Of a DNA stretch of 64,000 bases, positions 1 to 10,214 are shown piece after piece. The stretch covers positions 1 to 64,000 of IMG/VR virus record IMGVR_UViG_3300028833_000110; one strand, 5' to 3'. A program made the translations under genes and the position numbers. Positions within the stretch are counted from its first letter, which is position 1. Each line of letters opens with the position of its first letter. A model generated the notes under the pieces. The model ran no database searches. It saw only the letters and a program-made list of their open reading frames with translations, and was not told the DNA's origin. Origin of the DNA: a virus (Duplodnaviria; Caudoviricetes).

Positions 1-216
1 TAAACCCTCTACATATGATTGGGTTAACTCCTGAGATGCATAAGTATCTAGAAACTCCGACTGACTTGTAATGAGAGTAGGAGTAGAAGGACCTGCATCC
101 GATATAAAAGCGACACCAATAATCAAACTTTCACCTGCAGTTCTATTAATTGTCGCAGTTCTTATTCTCTCTTTAACTTTTACATAAGGTTCGAGAGTTT
201 CTGTCCATTGTGCCAT
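1..216 (-). CDS. Contractile tail sheath protein, N-terminal fragment (runs off the window)
   Basis: Not in ORF track. ATG at 216 gives MAQWTETLEPYVKVKERIRTATINRTAGESLIIGVAFISDAGPSTPTLITSQSEFLDTY, matching the sheath N-terminal pattern (P-x-V-x-V-x-E...GP...P..ITS..EF..TF/Y). Confidence 0.7.
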   Translation of the reverse strand, partial: MAQWTETLEPYVKVKERIRTATINRTAGESLIIGVAFISDAGPSTPTLITSQSEFLDTYASQELTQSYVEGL

Positions 217-234
217 ATATTATTTTTTTTAATA

Positions 235-888
235 TTAACCTACTTCAACTATATAAACCGGAAAACCAGAATGAATAAATTTCTCGGCAATTCCACAAAT
301 AAGTCCAGCATCCACATGAGAATCTGAAATCGTCGATACAATAATATCATTATATCTATCAGACTCTCTTGTAACAACATTAGAACTATTCGGGATGTTT
401 TTTACAACATTAGTAGCTAGTTGTATAAGCTTTGGATCCTTGACAGTATTTATTAATAATCTAAGTTCGTCACTATACTTAGATATTACTATACATACTT
501 TAGTCTTCATTTTATTGGCTTTATTTGGATCTAATACATAATCAATACCCTCTTTATAGCCTTTGTGGTTAAGATCCAAAAGAACTTTTTCCAGAAGTCT
601 CTTATCTACAGTAGTTGATCTATTTACTCTCTTACTAATTTCTTTTGCAGTTCCAACCAAAGCTCCTAACGCAGCACCAACAATTAAACCAATAGCAACT
701 CCCTTGGTTTGCGACATGTCAGGTTCTTTATAGGTCTCTACCCATTCCTTATTATCCTTCTTAACTACTCTCGTTGCATCATGTTTTTTTCCGAACCTAG
801 GAATAAAACTACCAAGAGAACCCCCTATACCAGCCCCAGTTATAGTAGAAGAAAGAATGCTAAAATCTTTTTGTCTAAATTTTATCAT
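235..888 (-). CDS. Leader-bearing glycine-zipper protein (MIKFRQKDFS)
   Basis: Shared leader; GAGIGGSLG and GLIVGAALGALVG GxxxG segments. Confidence 0.6.
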   Translation of the reverse strand: MIKFRQKDFSILSSTITGAGIGGSLGSFIPRFGKKHDATRVVKKDNKEWVETYKEPDMSQTKGVAIGLIVGAALGALVGTAKEISKRVNRSTTVDKRLLEKVLLDLNHKGYKEGIDYVLDPNKANKMKTKVCIVISKYSDELRLLINTVKDPKLIQLATNVVKNIPNSSNVVTRESDRYNDIIVSTISDSHVDAGLICGIAEKFIHSGFPVYIVEVG

Positions 889-1258
889 TATTTTGTTGTT
901 TTTTAGGTACTATATTATTTTTTATGTCTTCTATTGGTTTTACTGAAGATCTATCTTGTACGTAAGGTTTCTGGGATTTTTTTATTAAACGTCTCTTTTT
1001 TTTTAAAAGTTCCTTTGTTTCAGAATTAGTGGAGTTAATTGCATCAGTTAGTTTGTTTGTAGCCTCTATTTGCTCTTTTTGGAATTTTTTTTCATTATTT
1101 CCTCGATGTAAATTAGTTGCTAAGTTTACAGCACTTATACCGGTACCAACAACTCCAATTTCTGCTTTATGATTATCCCAAATGTCTTTTCCCTTATCGA
1201 TAGTTTTTTTTACACCAGTTCTAAATTTACTGAAGGTTTTCAATCTAAATTTTATCAT
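875..1258 (-). CDS. Leader-bearing basic protein (MIKFRLKTFS)
   Basis: Shared leader, short hydrophobic helix, Lys-rich. Confidence 0.6.
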   Translation of the reverse strand: MIKFRLKTFSKFRTGVKKTIDKGKDIWDNHKAEIGVVGTGISAVNLATNLHRGNNEKKFQKEQIEATNKLTDAINSTNSETKELLKKKRRLIKKSQKPYVQDRSSVKPIEDIKNNIVPKKQQNNDKI

Positions 1259-1272
1259 TTTAAACCCTTCTT

Positions 1273-1791
1273 TTAATAACTATAACCCTCTCTTTGGGTC
1301 ATATTTTGTTTCCAATCTGCTCTTTCTCTACGTAATGCCTGTCGTTGTGCATAACCAAGTCGCTTATTGTAGAAATTAACATCTTGCTTTTTTTCTCTAT
1401 ATTTCTTGAGTCCTTTACTTAACCCAATAGCAGTTCCAATAGCTGCTCCAGCAATTCCAGTATGTTTAATCCCTCTAAGCACAGATCTCGTGAGGGCTGG
1501 ATTAGCAACCCCTGATCTAACCGTATTTGTTATGGCACTTCTATTTCCAATCCCCTTTAATATTCCTCCAGTAACGGCTCCGGCTCCAGCACCTATAACA
1601 GCACCTTGAGCAGCAGAAGTTAATGGACCACCAATTCCAGGACCACGCTTCTTTTCCTCAGCTAATATATCAGAGTCTTTAGCTCTCTTTAAGTTATCAG
1701 TATCATCCCATCGTGTAAATTCTTTTTGGGCATACTCATAACCATCATAAAAAGCCTGATTTATTAGCTCTTCGTATGTTTTATTATTCAT
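1273..1791 (-). CDS. Glycine-zipper protein with AFYDGYEYAQKEF and WDDTDNLKRAKDSDILAEE modules
   Basis: Paralog of 15962..16414; leader module shared with 13987, 14685, 15240 and 59826. Confidence 0.65.
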   Translation of the reverse strand: MNNKTYEELINQAFYDGYEYAQKEFTRWDDTDNLKRAKDSDILAEEKKRGPGIGGPLTSAAQGAVIGAGAGAVTGGILKGIGNRSAITNTVRSGVANPALTRSVLRGIKHTGIAGAAIGTAIGLSKGLKKYREKKQDVNFYNKRLGYAQRQALRRERADWKQNMTQREGYSY

Positions 1792-1804
1792 ATTTTTCTA
1801 TTTT

Positions 1805-2974
1805 TTATTGTTGTACTGGTTGATTTTGGGACTTTTCGTAGGCAAATGCTTTCTTATCTACAGCCTCGAGGGGTTTTCTTACAGCTTTGTCTCCCCACTC
1901 AAATGGTTTCCATTTAGCAGCAGCCAAACCAACTCCAGCCAAGATTCCGACAGGACCTGTTTTTCGTACAACCTTAGCAGCCTTATTCATCCAAACCCCT
2001 CGTCCTGGTTTTGTCATTTGATCGGCTAATTTCCCCCTACTTGTTTTTCCCATATAAAATCCCCAGTTTTCATACCAGGGAGTTTTTTCAGCAGGGGTTG
2101 CATACTGTCTTTCCTCAGATTGTGATTGTTTTATCTGATCCTTAAGTTGTTGTCTTTGGGATAGATAACCAACAGCAGGGAAAGCAGCACCGAATCCAAC
2201 AGCCGCAAGAGCTTTTCCAGGAGATCCGGCAGCATCCTTAAATGCTTCCTTACCCATAGTCTTAGCTTTACCCCAGGCGGAATTCATAGTAGCTTTATTC
2301 AGTTTTCCTTTTCTAGCTAACATAAGAGTTCCTGCGGTAGCTCCTAATGTTCCAGCACCTATCAAAACTCCATTCTTTATTTTCTTTCCTAAACTTTTCT
2401 TCTCTTTTTCTGGGGTATCTACGGGAGCTCCAAGTTTCTTACGATCAGCCTGTATTATTTTATCTGTCAAATACCCAGATCCGGCCATAATAGCACCAGA
2501 AGCCATCATGTTAGCCATCTTTTGACCTGATCCCCTTTCTTTACCTATTTCTATGAGATCACGACCAAAATCTCTGGCATTATTAACTGTTTTAGATTGC
2601 TTTAACCGATTGACTACATTATCCATAGTCTTACTGTTTGCAACCTTTCTAATACCCTTTGCTACAGGAGAGAAGATAGAATAAGTTTTCGTTTTTCTTT
2701 TTAGAGTTATTGAATAGGTGGTTTGTTGCATTACGGCGGGAGATTGTACTAGTGAACCATTTTTAGCCGCAGTTTTAGCAGCTTCTTCATAAGCTTTCGT
2801 CTGTTTTGCCATAAGATTTGTTTGTCTTTTTAGCTCTCTTTCTTGGGCTTCATTAGCTTCTCTTTGATCTTTATTTGCCTTTACAGATAGGGGGACTCCA
2901 GCTACCATAGCTGCATTTCCTAATCCCGCTATAATTGCAGGAAGAGCATATATCTTCTCTCTAAACTGTATCAT
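1805..2974 (-). CDS. Leader-bearing putative polyprotein with several amphipathic segments
   Basis: MIQFREKIYA leader; internal QTTYS, TLKRKTKTYS and ERQYA sites. Confidence 0.6.
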   Translation of the reverse strand: MIQFREKIYALPAIIAGLGNAAMVAGVPLSVKANKDQREANEAQERELKRQTNLMAKQTKAYEEAAKTAAKNGSLVQSPAVMQQTTYSITLKRKTKTYSIFSPVAKGIRKVANSKTMDNVVNRLKQSKTVNNARDFGRDLIEIGKERGSGQKMANMMASGAIMAGSGYLTDKIIQADRKKLGAPVDTPEKEKKSLGKKIKNGVLIGAGTLGATAGTLMLARKGKLNKATMNSAWGKAKTMGKEAFKDAAGSPGKALAAVGFGAAFPAVGYLSQRQQLKDQIKQSQSEERQYATPAEKTPWYENWGFYMGKTSRGKLADQMTKPGRGVWMNKAAKVVRKTGPVGILAGVGLAAAKWKPFEWGDKAVRKPLEAVDKKAFAYEKSQNQPVQQ

Positions 2975-2976
2975 AA

Positions 2977-3285
2977 TTAAACACTCCTATCTTGTAAGCT
3001 TTGGCCTGCGTCTTTGAGTCCCTTTCCTATTCCTCCAGTGATATTCTTACCGGCAACATATCCAGCAATACCACCAACTAGTCCAGCTCCAAGTCCGCCA
3101 CCTAGTCCATATTTAATAGCACTTCCGAGAACTTTTGCTCCGGCTAATCCTCCTACAAAACGTCCTGCATTAGAGTCGAGAACACTACCTGCCCCCTTCA
3201 TGACTCCTCCAGCTGTATTTCCTAGAACATTACCAGCAGCTTCGAGAGCACCAAATGTTTTTCTTTTTAATCTGTATCTTGCCAT
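2977..3285 (-). CDS. Leader-bearing Gly-rich glycine-zipper protein
   Basis: MARYRLKRKTFG followed by continuous GxxxG repeats. Confidence 0.65.
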   Translation of the reverse strand: MARYRLKRKTFGALEAAGNVLGNTAGGVMKGAGSVLDSNAGRFVGGLAGAKVLGSAIKYGLGGGLGAGLVGGIAGYVAGKNITGGIGKGLKDAGQSLQDRSV

Positions 3286-3482
3286 TTTCCTAATCTCCCA
3301 TTATTTAATTCTGTATTTAGTTTTCTCATTTCTCTATTTAATTCAATTTCAGCTCCAACTATTTGTCTTTTGGTATCTAATCGTTCAAGTCTATTAAAAT
3401 CTTGATCATATTTTCTACCACGTTTAAATCCAGGAACTCCAAAAGTATTAAGAGTCTTTGAAAACTTACGTAATATAATCAT
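3267..3482 (-). CDS. Small leader-bearing protein (MIILRKFS)
   Basis: ORF track; shared leader. Confidence 0.55.
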   Translation of the reverse strand: MIILRKFSKTLNTFGVPGFKRGRKYDQDFNRLERLDTKRQIVGAEIELNREMRKLNTELNNGRLGKWQDTD

Positions 3483-4072
3483 AATTCTAAGAGATATATT
3501 TGATATTTTAGACCAAATGGTAGAATATTTATAGCTTTAATGGCATCCTGTATACTACTAAATTCAAGAACTAAAGAACGACTTGTTTTATCATATTTTA
3601 AAGCTTCCCCTAGTAATTCTCTTACAGGAATGGATAGATCAAATGGAAGATCACTACTGAAAGATGCTCCTCCACCATTATCTCCACCACCTCCATTTCC
3701 GTTTCTGTTTCTGTTTCTGTTGTTATTAAATAATTTGTACTTAAGAACCTCTTCTTCAGAAAATAGCTTGTTTTTGAGGCTTATCTTGATATTTAATAGT
3801 CGCTTATCGTATACATGTTCCGGAAGCCTAATTTCATCAGGCATCTTAGCTTTAGCTCCCACCTTAATATACATTCTATATCTATCTCTATGTCCAAATG
3901 CTGTAGAAATAACAAATCTTTCTATTACAACACTATTACCTTTTAGCGTAGGTAATAACTGTGATGAGTTTATGAGCTTAAATTTATTCCGATCAGAATA
4001 TTTCATAAGCTCGACATAAAGACTTCTCATAGCATCGTACTCAGAGAATAGTTTTTGTCTGAATTCTATCAT
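3479..4072 (-). CDS. Leader-bearing hypothetical virion protein (MIEFRQKLFS)
   Basis: Leader plus internal NKLFS; Asn/Gly linker. Confidence 0.55.
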   Translation of the reverse strand: MIEFRQKLFSEYDAMRSLYVELMKYSDRNKFKLINSSQLLPTLKGNSVVIERFVISTAFGHRDRYRMYIKVGAKAKMPDEIRLPEHVYDKRLLNIKISLKNKLFSEEEVLKYKLFNNNRNRNRNGNGGGGDNGGGASFSSDLPFDLSIPVRELLGEALKYDKTSRSLVLEFSSIQDAIKAINILPFGLKYQIYLLEL

Positions 4073-4073
4073 A

Positions 4074-4442
4074 TTATCTTACTATTGAGAGATTATATTT
4101 CACTCCTAGGATCTCTATAATATCTAAAACTATGCCCTTCTCTGGTCTTTCTGCAGTTATGACTCTTGTTTTAGTATCTACATCTGTAATCCTCATTTGG
4201 AATATATCTCGAACTAATTTTTGTGTATATTTATATAACTCCTTGTCTTGGAGTTTAATTTCATATTGACCTTCTTCATTCTTTATAAACGAACGAAGAA
4301 CCATGGCTTTTGAATTAACCCTTGAAACTTGATCCGCCTGGTCTTCAGAAATAGTATTAAATCGGACTCCTTGTTTTTTTAGGTATTCAATTGCTTCTGG
4401 CATAAGATCTTGAATAATTGATTTTTTTCTAAATGAAACCAT
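4074..4442 (-). CDS. Hypothetical protein, structural operon
   Basis: ORF track; tight operon packing. Confidence 0.5.
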   Translation of the reverse strand: MVSFRKKSIIQDLMPEAIEYLKKQGVRFNTISEDQADQVSRVNSKAMVLRSFIKNEEGQYEIKLQDKELYKYTQKLVRDIFQMRITDVDTKTRVITAERPEKGIVLDIIEILGVKYNLSIVR

Positions 4443-4455
4443 AATATGCGGATTC

Positions 4456-5556
4456 TTAGTTTATTAATATTTTATCCAATTCACTATCAGAACTAAACAA
4501 TTCTGCCTGTATTTCCTCTAAAAACTGATATCTTCCATCTAGAACTTCATAAAAATAAAGTTCACACCTAAATTGACATTGATATGAGAAATTAGAGTTG
4601 TCATCCTGTTGATATATATGGTTAAAGTCCTCTGTTATTTGCCCCCACTTTACTGCAGCTGTCCACCTTTCTCCATACTTATCTGTAGTCTTAAACTCAC
4701 AGAAATTAGTTAGGATATCTAAGTTATTATATTTATTTTTAAAATCAAAAAACATAACCATATCTGGGGTTCGCAAAGTAAATTCTATGGGAACTCTATG
4801 GGACATTAAATAATCAGTCTCATCAGTACGCTTAGGATGACTATATTTAGAGGGAGTCTGATTGAACATGTAAACTATATAAGAAGTTTTTTTCAATGTC
4901 TCTTCCTTATTCCACCGGACAAGCTCAATTCCATAGTCATTTAATATTCTCCTAAGTTCTAGTATAAATTGATTTTGGTAGTCTATAGCTCGTATAATAT
5001 AATCATCATATCTTCTTCGTAATACATAAACAGTATCAGAATCAGACTCGAGCTCTATACTCTTACTACCTAGAGATATCTTTGGGAAATTCTTAACTGT
5101 CCAGCATTTAGGTCTAGGTCCGACAGGCTTAAGATATAAAAGATTCCCAGAGTAAAAAAGAAAGTTAATAAATTCTTGATTATTAACATCCTCTTGTGAG
5201 ACTACTATTGTTGTGTGATTATAATCTTGAACTACTCTAGACTCACAATCCCCTACTATTATCAAATTTATTATGTGGGGAGAAGAGGTAAGTTTTCGTA
5301 GTTTTAATCCATTAAGAGATACATAAACATCTGAAAACCTGATTGCTTTATTTGTTGGTTCTAGTACTTGTGAAGATCCTACTTTATCTATTCCAAGGAA
5401 CCCAGCAACCGAGTCAGATGTACTTCCAGGAGTATAAGTCAAGGTAATAGTAGAGGTGTTTTTATCTTCAACCAGAGAAATAGTATTTCCTTCTATTACC
5501 TTATAATACCTACACCCAGAATTAATTTTTATTCCTTGGTAGATAAGTTCATTCAT
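4456..5556 (-). CDS. Hypothetical structural protein (possible neck or tail completion)
   Basis: Lies between capsid and sheath genes; beta-rich C-terminus. Function inferred from position only. Confidence 0.35.
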   Translation of the reverse strand: MNELIYQGIKINSGCRYYKVIEGNTISLVEDKNTSTITLTYTPGSTSDSVAGFLGIDKVGSSQVLEPTNKAIRFSDVYVSLNGLKLRKLTSSPHIINLIIVGDCESRVVQDYNHTTIVVSQEDVNNQEFINFLFYSGNLLYLKPVGPRPKCWTVKNFPKISLGSKSIELESDSDTVYVLRRRYDDYIIRAIDYQNQFILELRRILNDYGIELVRWNKEETLKKTSYIVYMFNQTPSKYSHPKRTDETDYLMSHRVPIEFTLRTPDMVMFFDFKNKYNNLDILTNFCEFKTTDKYGERWTAAVKWGQITEDFNHIYQQDDNSNFSYQCQFRCELYFYEVLDGRYQFLEEIQAELFSSDSELDKILIN

Positions 5557-6413
5557 TAGTCTCCGTATATTCCGTCGTTTTTAAATACATTATCTGGATC
5601 TAAAACAGATTTGGGTTCTGGTTTTTGACTAGGATTAGGACCACTTGTCTTTGGTTTTTTTCCACCCAGATTATATCTATTTAAGAATGCTTCTTTAGCT
5701 TTGTTTCCACGATTGGTGGCTTTCTGGTTAATTTCTTTTTGGAGACTATCAGATATGGTTTTCTTATTTCCCGCAAGTCTATTGGATGTAATATTTTCAA
5801 CTGCCTTCCCGTATTTGTCTGCGGCACTATTAACCATACCCTGACTTCCTAATTTTTTACCAGCAGAAGCCCACAATTTATTTGCGTTCATTGCAGTTTG
5901 TCCACCGAACAAACCACGTCTAGCTCCAGCGAATGCAAGGGCCGTTGTTGCAGCAGTTGCTCCTACACCGAGAGCTATTTTTCCACCAGTACTCATCCTG
6001 GATTTTTTACCATCTTCTTCAGAATAGGTTTTTCTTTTTAATGTATAAGTAGTAGCCATGTCATTCTTTTTTACTTGAGAAAACATTTTACTTCCATCAC
6101 TTTGTTCCGAAGCTTTACTTACAACACCTTTAGCAGCAAGCCCAGTACCGACAGCAAGAGTTCCAGCAAGAGCAAGAGGTTTTCCAATTCCCTTAGCTAT
6201 ATTTCCAGCTACACTACCAACGGCTCGATTAGTTGCAGGATTTATATTAACTGTTTTTTTTGTGGCTAGATTAACGGCCTGGTTTACATTACCAGTAGCC
6301 ATATGCCCTAAGTTACTCCAATTATTAACTCCAAGCATTCTTCCAAATGTAGAACCAGCAAATCCACCCCCTGCAAACAGTTTTCTCTTTAAAGTGAAAG
6401 TTGTTTTACTCAT
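5556..6413 (-). CDS. Tandem two-unit leader-bearing basic protein
   Basis: MSKTTFTLKRKLFA and a second internal MATTYTLKRKTYS, each followed by an Ala/Gly hydrophobic helix. Confidence 0.6.
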   Translation of the reverse strand: MSKTTFTLKRKLFAGGGFAGSTFGRMLGVNNWSNLGHMATGNVNQAVNLATKKTVNINPATNRAVGSVAGNIAKGIGKPLALAGTLAVGTGLAAKGVVSKASEQSDGSKMFSQVKKNDMATTYTLKRKTYSEEDGKKSRMSTGGKIALGVGATAATTALAFAGARRGLFGGQTAMNANKLWASAGKKLGSQGMVNSAADKYGKAVENITSNRLAGNKKTISDSLQKEINQKATNRGNKAKEAFLNRYNLGGKKPKTSGPNPSQKPEPKSVLDPDNVFKNDGIYGD

Positions 6414-6436
6414 AATTTTTGTATAATTAATAATAA

Positions 6437-6476
6437 AAACCTCCTATCACAGGTTTAATTGCAATAGGAGGTTTAT
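6437..6476 (-). terminator. Intrinsic terminator after the major capsid gene
   Basis: aaacctcctat...ataggaggttt inverted repeat; T-run follows on the minus strand. Confidence 0.65.
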
Positions 6477-6493
6477 TGTTATGATTAGAGAGA

Positions 6494-7960
6494 TTAATAT
6501 CCAACAGTAAATTCAACTCTCTGGACAAGTTCAGGAGCAAGATACTTAGTACCTTCCTGATAGTAAATACCAGAAGCCATTTGAGTCGGATTGTTATAGT
6601 TACCGATGGTAGGAGTATCGGTTAGAGGCATATAAATACCACGAGCAAGAGGAGCCATCTGACCATCAGCGGTCTTGTGGATAGCATAGAAGACAGCCTT
6701 ATCGTTTCCAGCCTCTGCGATATCATCACTACGGAGAACAGGAATGCCATCATACCAACCCATCAAATCAGAGATGTAAGTCATCTTTTCATTTCTCTTG
6801 AATTTACCAATAATTCCACCTTTCTGGAATTGCGAGGCAGCTCTAGTACCGGCAACATAAGCAGTGGTGGTAACACCCTTGACAGCTTTCTTAGCAAGAG
6901 CGGTTTCAACATTAATCAAGTAAGCGTCAAATAGATCAACTCTCGAACGATAGTCAGTGAAGGTAAGGCTCTGACCATTTAGCTGAGGATTGAAACCAAT
7001 ACCATTCTTAGATAGATCGAGATCAGTCATAGAATTACCATTATAACCCTCCTCAAGAGTAGAAACAAGCTTATAGTTAATCATCTTAGTATAAAGTTCG
7101 CGGAGCTTGGTGAACAAGAATGAAGCCATATCTGAACCGGTGGCTTTCTTCATAGCACCAAGAGCGGCAATGTTATACTCAGCTACCAACATATCAGGAA
7201 CAGTTGATAGACCAAGCTGTTGCATCTTAGCAATAAAACGCTTGTCATTAGCATGAGTACTAGTTGATCCTGTAGTATTGCAGGGAGTACCAGTCACATC
7301 TTCTTTACCAACTAGAGTAATAGCGGTAACACCAGTAACACTAGTAAGTTCAAACTGAACTCTACCATTAAGATAATTAATTGAACCTGAAGTGAGAACA
7401 CCAGGTTTAGCCATGAAATTTCCCTGACCATCGTCAACTAGTTCATAGCTACCAGTAGTTGATGAACTTGAAGTAACTTTAACGCGGACAGTACCGGGAA
7501 TAATTTTACGACCAGTCATAGAAGTCTGATTTGCAGTGGTTGCATCAAGTTCCATTTTGAAGCCACCCATGCTATTAATATCCTGATACTGATCGGGACC
7601 TAGGTTAGGAATAACATTTCTCATGTCAGAGACACCAAGAACATCAAACCAATAAAAGAGACCATTGGGCTGATCAAAATCACGTTCAATGGACATAAAG
7701 CCAGCAAATGAGCTAACATAAGAAGCCACAGAAGCATTAAAATATTGGGTGCTCAGAAGCGGAGTCTCAGCATAACCAGAGAATGTCTTCTGCAAAAGAT
7801 TGCTCTTTGAACCATTATCAAAAATGTCCATCATTTCATCATATCTCGAGAACATTTTAGCATATTCACCAGCACGAATTCTAGCATCATCAACAGATAC
7901 TGAACTATTTTTCAGAGCGGTCATCATTTCATCACTCTGCATGTAATCTAAGTAAGTCAT
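6494..7960 (-). CDS. Major capsid protein (distant T4 gp23-like, HK97 fold)
   Basis: 488 aa; QPNGLFYW-type segment; high-expression codon bias; downstream of scaffold and protease; followed by a terminator. Confidence 0.75.
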   Translation of the reverse strand: MTYLDYMQSDEMMTALKNSSVSVDDARIRAGEYAKMFSRYDEMMDIFDNGSKSNLLQKTFSGYAETPLLSTQYFNASVASYVSSFAGFMSIERDFDQPNGLFYWFDVLGVSDMRNVIPNLGPDQYQDINSMGGFKMELDATTANQTSMTGRKIIPGTVRVKVTSSSSTTGSYELVDDGQGNFMAKPGVLTSGSINYLNGRVQFELTSVTGVTAITLVGKEDVTGTPCNTTGSTSTHANDKRFIAKMQQLGLSTVPDMLVAEYNIAALGAMKKATGSDMASFLFTKLRELYTKMINYKLVSTLEEGYNGNSMTDLDLSKNGIGFNPQLNGQSLTFTDYRSRVDLFDAYLINVETALAKKAVKGVTTTAYVAGTRAASQFQKGGIIGKFKRNEKMTYISDLMGWYDGIPVLRSDDIAEAGNDKAVFYAIHKTADGQMAPLARGIYMPLTDTPTIGNYNNPTQMASGIYYQEGTKYLAPELVQRVEFTVGY

Positions 7961-7982
7961 ATATTCCTTCTTTTTTATTTGT

Positions 7983-10196
7983 TTAATTATTAATAGATTG
8001 ATCTAACCAAGAGACCAATGTATCATTTTTCATTTCTTCGAATTCAGTAGCACTGAACTGAGCCTCCTGAAGTTCTGCTTGTTCACCTTCAGCTGGAGCA
8101 TTCTTAGCTTCCATAATAGCATTGACAGACTCATTTGTAGCATTATTAATAGCTTGGACAGCAGCTAAAGCAGCGTCTTCAATTGATTCAACGCTTGGAG
8201 CTGGATTTTCCTCCTGTAAAGGAACAAGATTACCATTCTCATCATAGACAGCCTGAACAACTTCTGGCTCTGGAGCAGCGGCATTATTAATATCGGCGAA
8301 GAACTTGTCTAGGGGATCAGCAGAGAATTTCTTCTCTTCATCTTCAACCTCGACATCATCTAACATATCCTTAGCCTCATCATCTTCTATTGGAGCTAGA
8401 TCAATATTGTCATCAGTCATTGTAGCCTTAGTATATTCACCACTCTCTTTGTCTTCGATAATAGCAGTACTGTCATCAACCGGAGTAATAATTTCATCCT
8501 CAGTTTCAACTTGCTTATTATCTTCGATAGCCTCCTCAATATCAGATTCATCAGCATCATCGGAGAATACTCTGCACATATAATCAGTCATTTCCTCATT
8601 CTCGCTGAAGAACTTAGTTTCCTCAGCATTTGAATAAGTTTTCTCTTCTGTTAGATCAGCAGCTTCTTCTTCGCTTATCGGTTTAAGGTCAATATCTTCG
8701 TCAGTCATTGTGGCTTTAGTATATTCACCATTTTCTTTATCTTCAATAACGGCAGTCTCATCATCAACTGGAGTAATAATCTCAGAATCAGTCTCAACTT
8801 GCTCATTATTTTCAATGGCTTTCTCAATATCAGCTTCATCGGCTTCCTCAGAAAACAAACGACACATATAATCAGTCATTTCCTCATTCTCGCTGAAGAA
8901 CTTAGTTTCCTCAGTATTTGAATAAGTTTTTTCTCCGGTTAATTCATCAGCCTCTTCCTCACTGATAGGATTGCAGTTCATACTATCGCCATCAACAACA
9001 ACCTTAGTTAATTCACCATTATCTTTATCCTCGACAATAGCAGTATTATCGTCGACGGGAGTTATAATTTCAGTGTCAGTCTCAACTTCTTCACCACCTT
9101 CGATAGCATCTTCAATGGCGGACTGAGATGCATCAATATCATTACAAGCCTCACTAAAGAGACGAGTCATAAAGGCAGTATTATCAATATTATATCTAGT
9201 CACAAAGACATCATGCTCAGAAAACTCAACCTGTTCGGGCTCTTCAATTTCTTCAGTGTCTTCAACTCCAACACTTTCAAGTAGAGAAATAGCATAATCT
9301 CTAGCTTCGGCTTCATCTTCAAAAACCTGAACACCATCAATACCAATCTCCTGAAGTCTAGCCACAAGTTCCTGGGCGCTCTCTTCATCATATTCTGAAG
9401 CATCAACGATTTGATGATTGAATGTATCTATTCCAACCACGTGAAGGGGCATGAATTCCTCTTCATTAGCAGTCTCTTCACCTTCCTCGCTAAAATTCTT
9501 TGAGTCTAGTTCCTGAACATCCATTTCATCGTCATCCATAGTTACCTTTGCTTGATCACCACTATTCTGATCAGTCACAACAACAGCATTATCCTCATCG
9601 GCTACTTTCTCTATCAAAAGATCACCAACTTTAGCTGTCTCCTCACTCTCAATGACTTCAGAAAATAGACGCTCGCAATAAGCCTGATCACTGAATATTC
9701 TCAGAACCACAGTATTATCGGTAGAAACACTGAATTCTTTCTCATCCTCATCACCTTCTGATCCGCACTCACAAGGATCTTGTCCACACTCTGGGCAAAC
9801 ACCATCCTCTGCGTTCTCTTCAACAGTAAGAGCAGGAGTTTCATCAGGATTATGATCTTCAACTTTCTCATCGGGAGCTCCAACTTGATCACCCGGAGTC
9901 ACTCCATCATCTTCCATGTGCAGATAATTCTCCGGTTGGTCTGTAGGGATTTCGACACCCGCAGGATACAGATCATAATTACCATCTTCAGCTTTCTCAG
10001 CAATGGTCTGTTCACCGTTTTCATTATCGGTGATTTCAACCTTGCCTTCACCTAAGTCAACATAAGTCAACTCATCTGTGGTAACTGAACCTTTTCTTTT
10101 TGCTTCTTCAATGTCATTAGCAACCTGTGAAGTTAATTCCTCATCACCTTCAGCAGTAGCACTAAAGACTCTAGTCATAAATCTTGTATTTTCCAT
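7983..10196 (-). CDS. Very acidic prohead scaffold/core protein with internal repeats
   Basis: Extremely Asp/Glu-rich; about three copies of EKTYSNxEETKFFSENEEMTDYMCRxFS...EIITPVDD; immediately upstream of the capsid gene. Confidence 0.65.
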   Translation of the reverse strand: MENTRFMTRVFSATAEGDEELTSQVANDIEEAKRKGSVTTDELTYVDLGEGKVEITDNENGEQTIAEKAEDGNYDLYPAGVEIPTDQPENYLHMEDDGVTPGDQVGAPDEKVEDHNPDETPALTVEENAEDGVCPECGQDPCECGSEGDEDEKEFSVSTDNTVVLRIFSDQAYCERLFSEVIESEETAKVGDLLIEKVADEDNAVVVTDQNSGDQAKVTMDDDEMDVQELDSKNFSEEGEETANEEEFMPLHVVGIDTFNHQIVDASEYDEESAQELVARLQEIGIDGVQVFEDEAEARDYAISLLESVGVEDTEEIEEPEQVEFSEHDVFVTRYNIDNTAFMTRLFSEACNDIDASQSAIEDAIEGGEEVETDTEIITPVDDNTAIVEDKDNGELTKVVVDGDSMNCNPISEEEADELTGEKTYSNTEETKFFSENEEMTDYMCRLFSEEADEADIEKAIENNEQVETDSEIITPVDDETAVIEDKENGEYTKATMTDEDIDLKPISEEEAADLTEEKTYSNAEETKFFSENEEMTDYMCRVFSDDADESDIEEAIEDNKQVETEDEIITPVDDSTAIIEDKESGEYTKATMTDDNIDLAPIEDDEAKDMLDDVEVEDEEKKFSADPLDKFFADINNAAAPEPEVVQAVYDENGNLVPLQEENPAPSVESIEDAALAAVQAINNATNESVNAIMEAKNAPAEGEQAELQEAQFSATEFEEMKNDTLVSWLDQSINN

Positions 10197-10214
10197 ACTA
10201 ATTATTCTTTCTAT

